A stretch of DNA of 37,095 bases, taken from assembly GCA_003990765.1 (NCBI GenBank), contig RBNJ01000196.1, positions 1-37,095 on the forward strand, in the 5' to 3' direction. Of this stretch, positions 35,348-37,095 are shown in pieces. The DNA is from Jimgerdemannia flammicorona (Eukaryota). A program made the position numbers and the translations under genes. A model generated the notes under the pieces. The model was not told the DNA's origin. It was given only the letters and a program-made list of their open reading frames with translations, and searched no databases. Each line of letters starts with the position of its first letter. The stretch's first letter is position 1.

Positions 35348-35682
35348 TCTCTGGAGCCTTTATTGGACAGAATTAGGCACAGAGTGGGGGGGTTGAATAT
35401 TCTGGAAGTAAACTGAAAGGTGGGGGCCTTTACTGATGATGTAGTAATAGGATTAGACTCTATAGAGGATGTGACAGTACTGAAGAGAGCAGTGGAATGG
35501 TATGAAGAGTACTTGTCTCCTCTCTGGAGTCTTTGTTGGACAGAATTAGATATAGAGTAGGGGGGTTGAATATTCTGAGAGTGAACTAGAAGGTGGGGGT
35601 CTTTGCTGATAATGTGGTAGGGCTGAGCTCTGTGGAGGATGTGGCAGTACTGAAGGAAGCAGTGGAATAGTATAAAGAGTAC
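35348..35682. repeat. Two tandem copies of a ~173-nt unit
   Basis: tctctggag...ttggacagaattag...gggggttgaatattctg...gagtact begins at 35348 and again at 35521. Confidence 0.85.
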
Positions 35683-35689
35683 TCAGATA

Positions 35690-37030
35690 CTAAGCTTAAC
35701 TGGCATAAGTATAAGACTCTAATATTAGATAGAGGAATAGTAGGAGGAGATATGATTGGAATAGTTGTCTTAGCAGGAGAGATAGTCTAGTACTTGGAGA
35801 TTTACTTCTCAGTATATAGTTCTCTATTATCTTAAGAATAGTGGGAGCAGTAGCTGATTAAGTGGAAAAATACTCTCCTGGCTAATATATCTCTCTGGTG
35901 AAAAAAGTAATAGTGTTGAATATATATTGGCTACCTAAGTTATAGTATCTGAGATATCACTTGAACTTTTCAATATGGATGATTAAGAGACTGTTGAAGA
36001 TAGTCAGGATATAGATATGGATAGGGCAGCAGAGTCAGATTGCTGAGAGATATTGATATTACTAGTAGACTAGAGAGGGCTGGGTCTGGTAACTTTACCA
36101 AGTGTCTACACTATTTGAAGATATGGTGGCTAAAGTGAGCTAGTGAGTTGAGGGGCTGAGAGTGAGTGCTACTTATATAGAGAGTATGAGAGATATGGTT
36201 CTCTCTCTGTAGTATATCTGGTGACTTATTCTCACTGATAGTGCTAGAGGAGAGCCAGAAGATATACTATAGGAGATTCTGATTTGGAGTAGTTGATGAT
36301 ACTCAATGAATTAGCCTCTGATAGTAGAGTGATGAGGAGGAGATAGACTGGAAATCCCAGATATAGAAGTAGGACTGTCTTCTGTTGGTAGATATACTGG
36401 TAGATTATTTTAGTTTAGAGAATAGTATGGAATGTCTTCAGGAGAATAGGAGAGATTTGTGGCTAGAGATCTGATAGAGAGTAGAGATTGATAAGAAGTG
36501 AGACTGAAATAGTATTTGATCTTAAAGTAAGTAGGTAGTAAGGTGGATTCTCTTTAAGTTCTGAGTAGTATGGTGGAGGCTCTTACAGTATAATGTGATA
36601 TTGAACAATAGGTCAGGACATTTGGTAGAAGGGAGTACCTTGGAGTATAAGGAGTGTTTTAATATCAAGTAGAAGGGTGAAGTAGTACAGACCCCTGAAC
36701 ATTAGCTAAGAGAGTGCAAGGTTATGAAAGACTTTTGGAGGACCATCAAGAGTCAGATGAGAGTATACCCACCTAGGCAGATAGTAGGTAGGAGGTGGGG
36801 TGATCTCTAGAGGAGGCTAGTGGGAGGGGTTGGAGATGAGTGGTTAACTATTGGGTGAGTTCTGGCTATTTGGATTAGACTTACTGGATATTGGCTAATG
36901 TGTTTAAGGATGATCAGTAGTTAGTACTTAGAGTATGAATTATAAGATAAAAATGATTATTGCTAGACCTTTTGAATAGTTAGTGGCAGGGGTGAGGATC
37001 CAGAGAGAGACTCTATCTCTTAGATGGAAA
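35690..37030 (+). mobile_element. LINE ORF2 3' fragment (C-terminal RT and downstream region), decayed
   Basis: Similar to the reverse complement of ~300-1500 (aagcttaactggcataag; YLEIYFS; acattagctaagagagtgcaag). Confidence 0.7.
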
Positions 37031-37095
37031 AAATAACTATATCTAAAATTTTATAAAAATATAAAGAAATCATAAAAAATTATTTTACTAAAAAA

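Overview
Repeat-rich eukaryotic DNA, most likely fungal (60-90 nt GT..CTAAC..AG introns; a Mucoromycota-like origin is only an inference). From left to right: (1) a decayed, near full-length L1/Tx1-like LINE on the minus strand (1-~5550) and an AT-rich spacer. (2) A CpG-retaining gene island (~6760-15250). It holds a spliced MIR-domain gene and a ~1.65 kb duplication with one intact and one pseudogenised copy of a small N-myristoylation-motif PPPDE/LRAT-like (permuted papain) protein. It also holds a ~265 nt structured element containing a complete type III hammerhead ribozyme with complementary loops 1 and 2 (13476-13533), followed by a T-tract. (3) A full-length 12.6 kb Ty3/Gypsy element (15821-28444) with ~2.4 kb LTRs that each carry a ~330-350 aa ORF, a tRNA-Pro PBS, a Gag-protease-Cys-rich-dUTPase ORF1, a G GGA AAC -1 frameshift signal in front of RT/RNase H, and integrase in a separate frame. 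(4) A heavily CpG-eroded block with a second dUTPase-bearing Gypsy remnant and more LINE fragments. The best candidates for something new are the hammerhead element and the LTR-encoded protein and architecture of the Gypsy element. All alignments and folds were done by eye.
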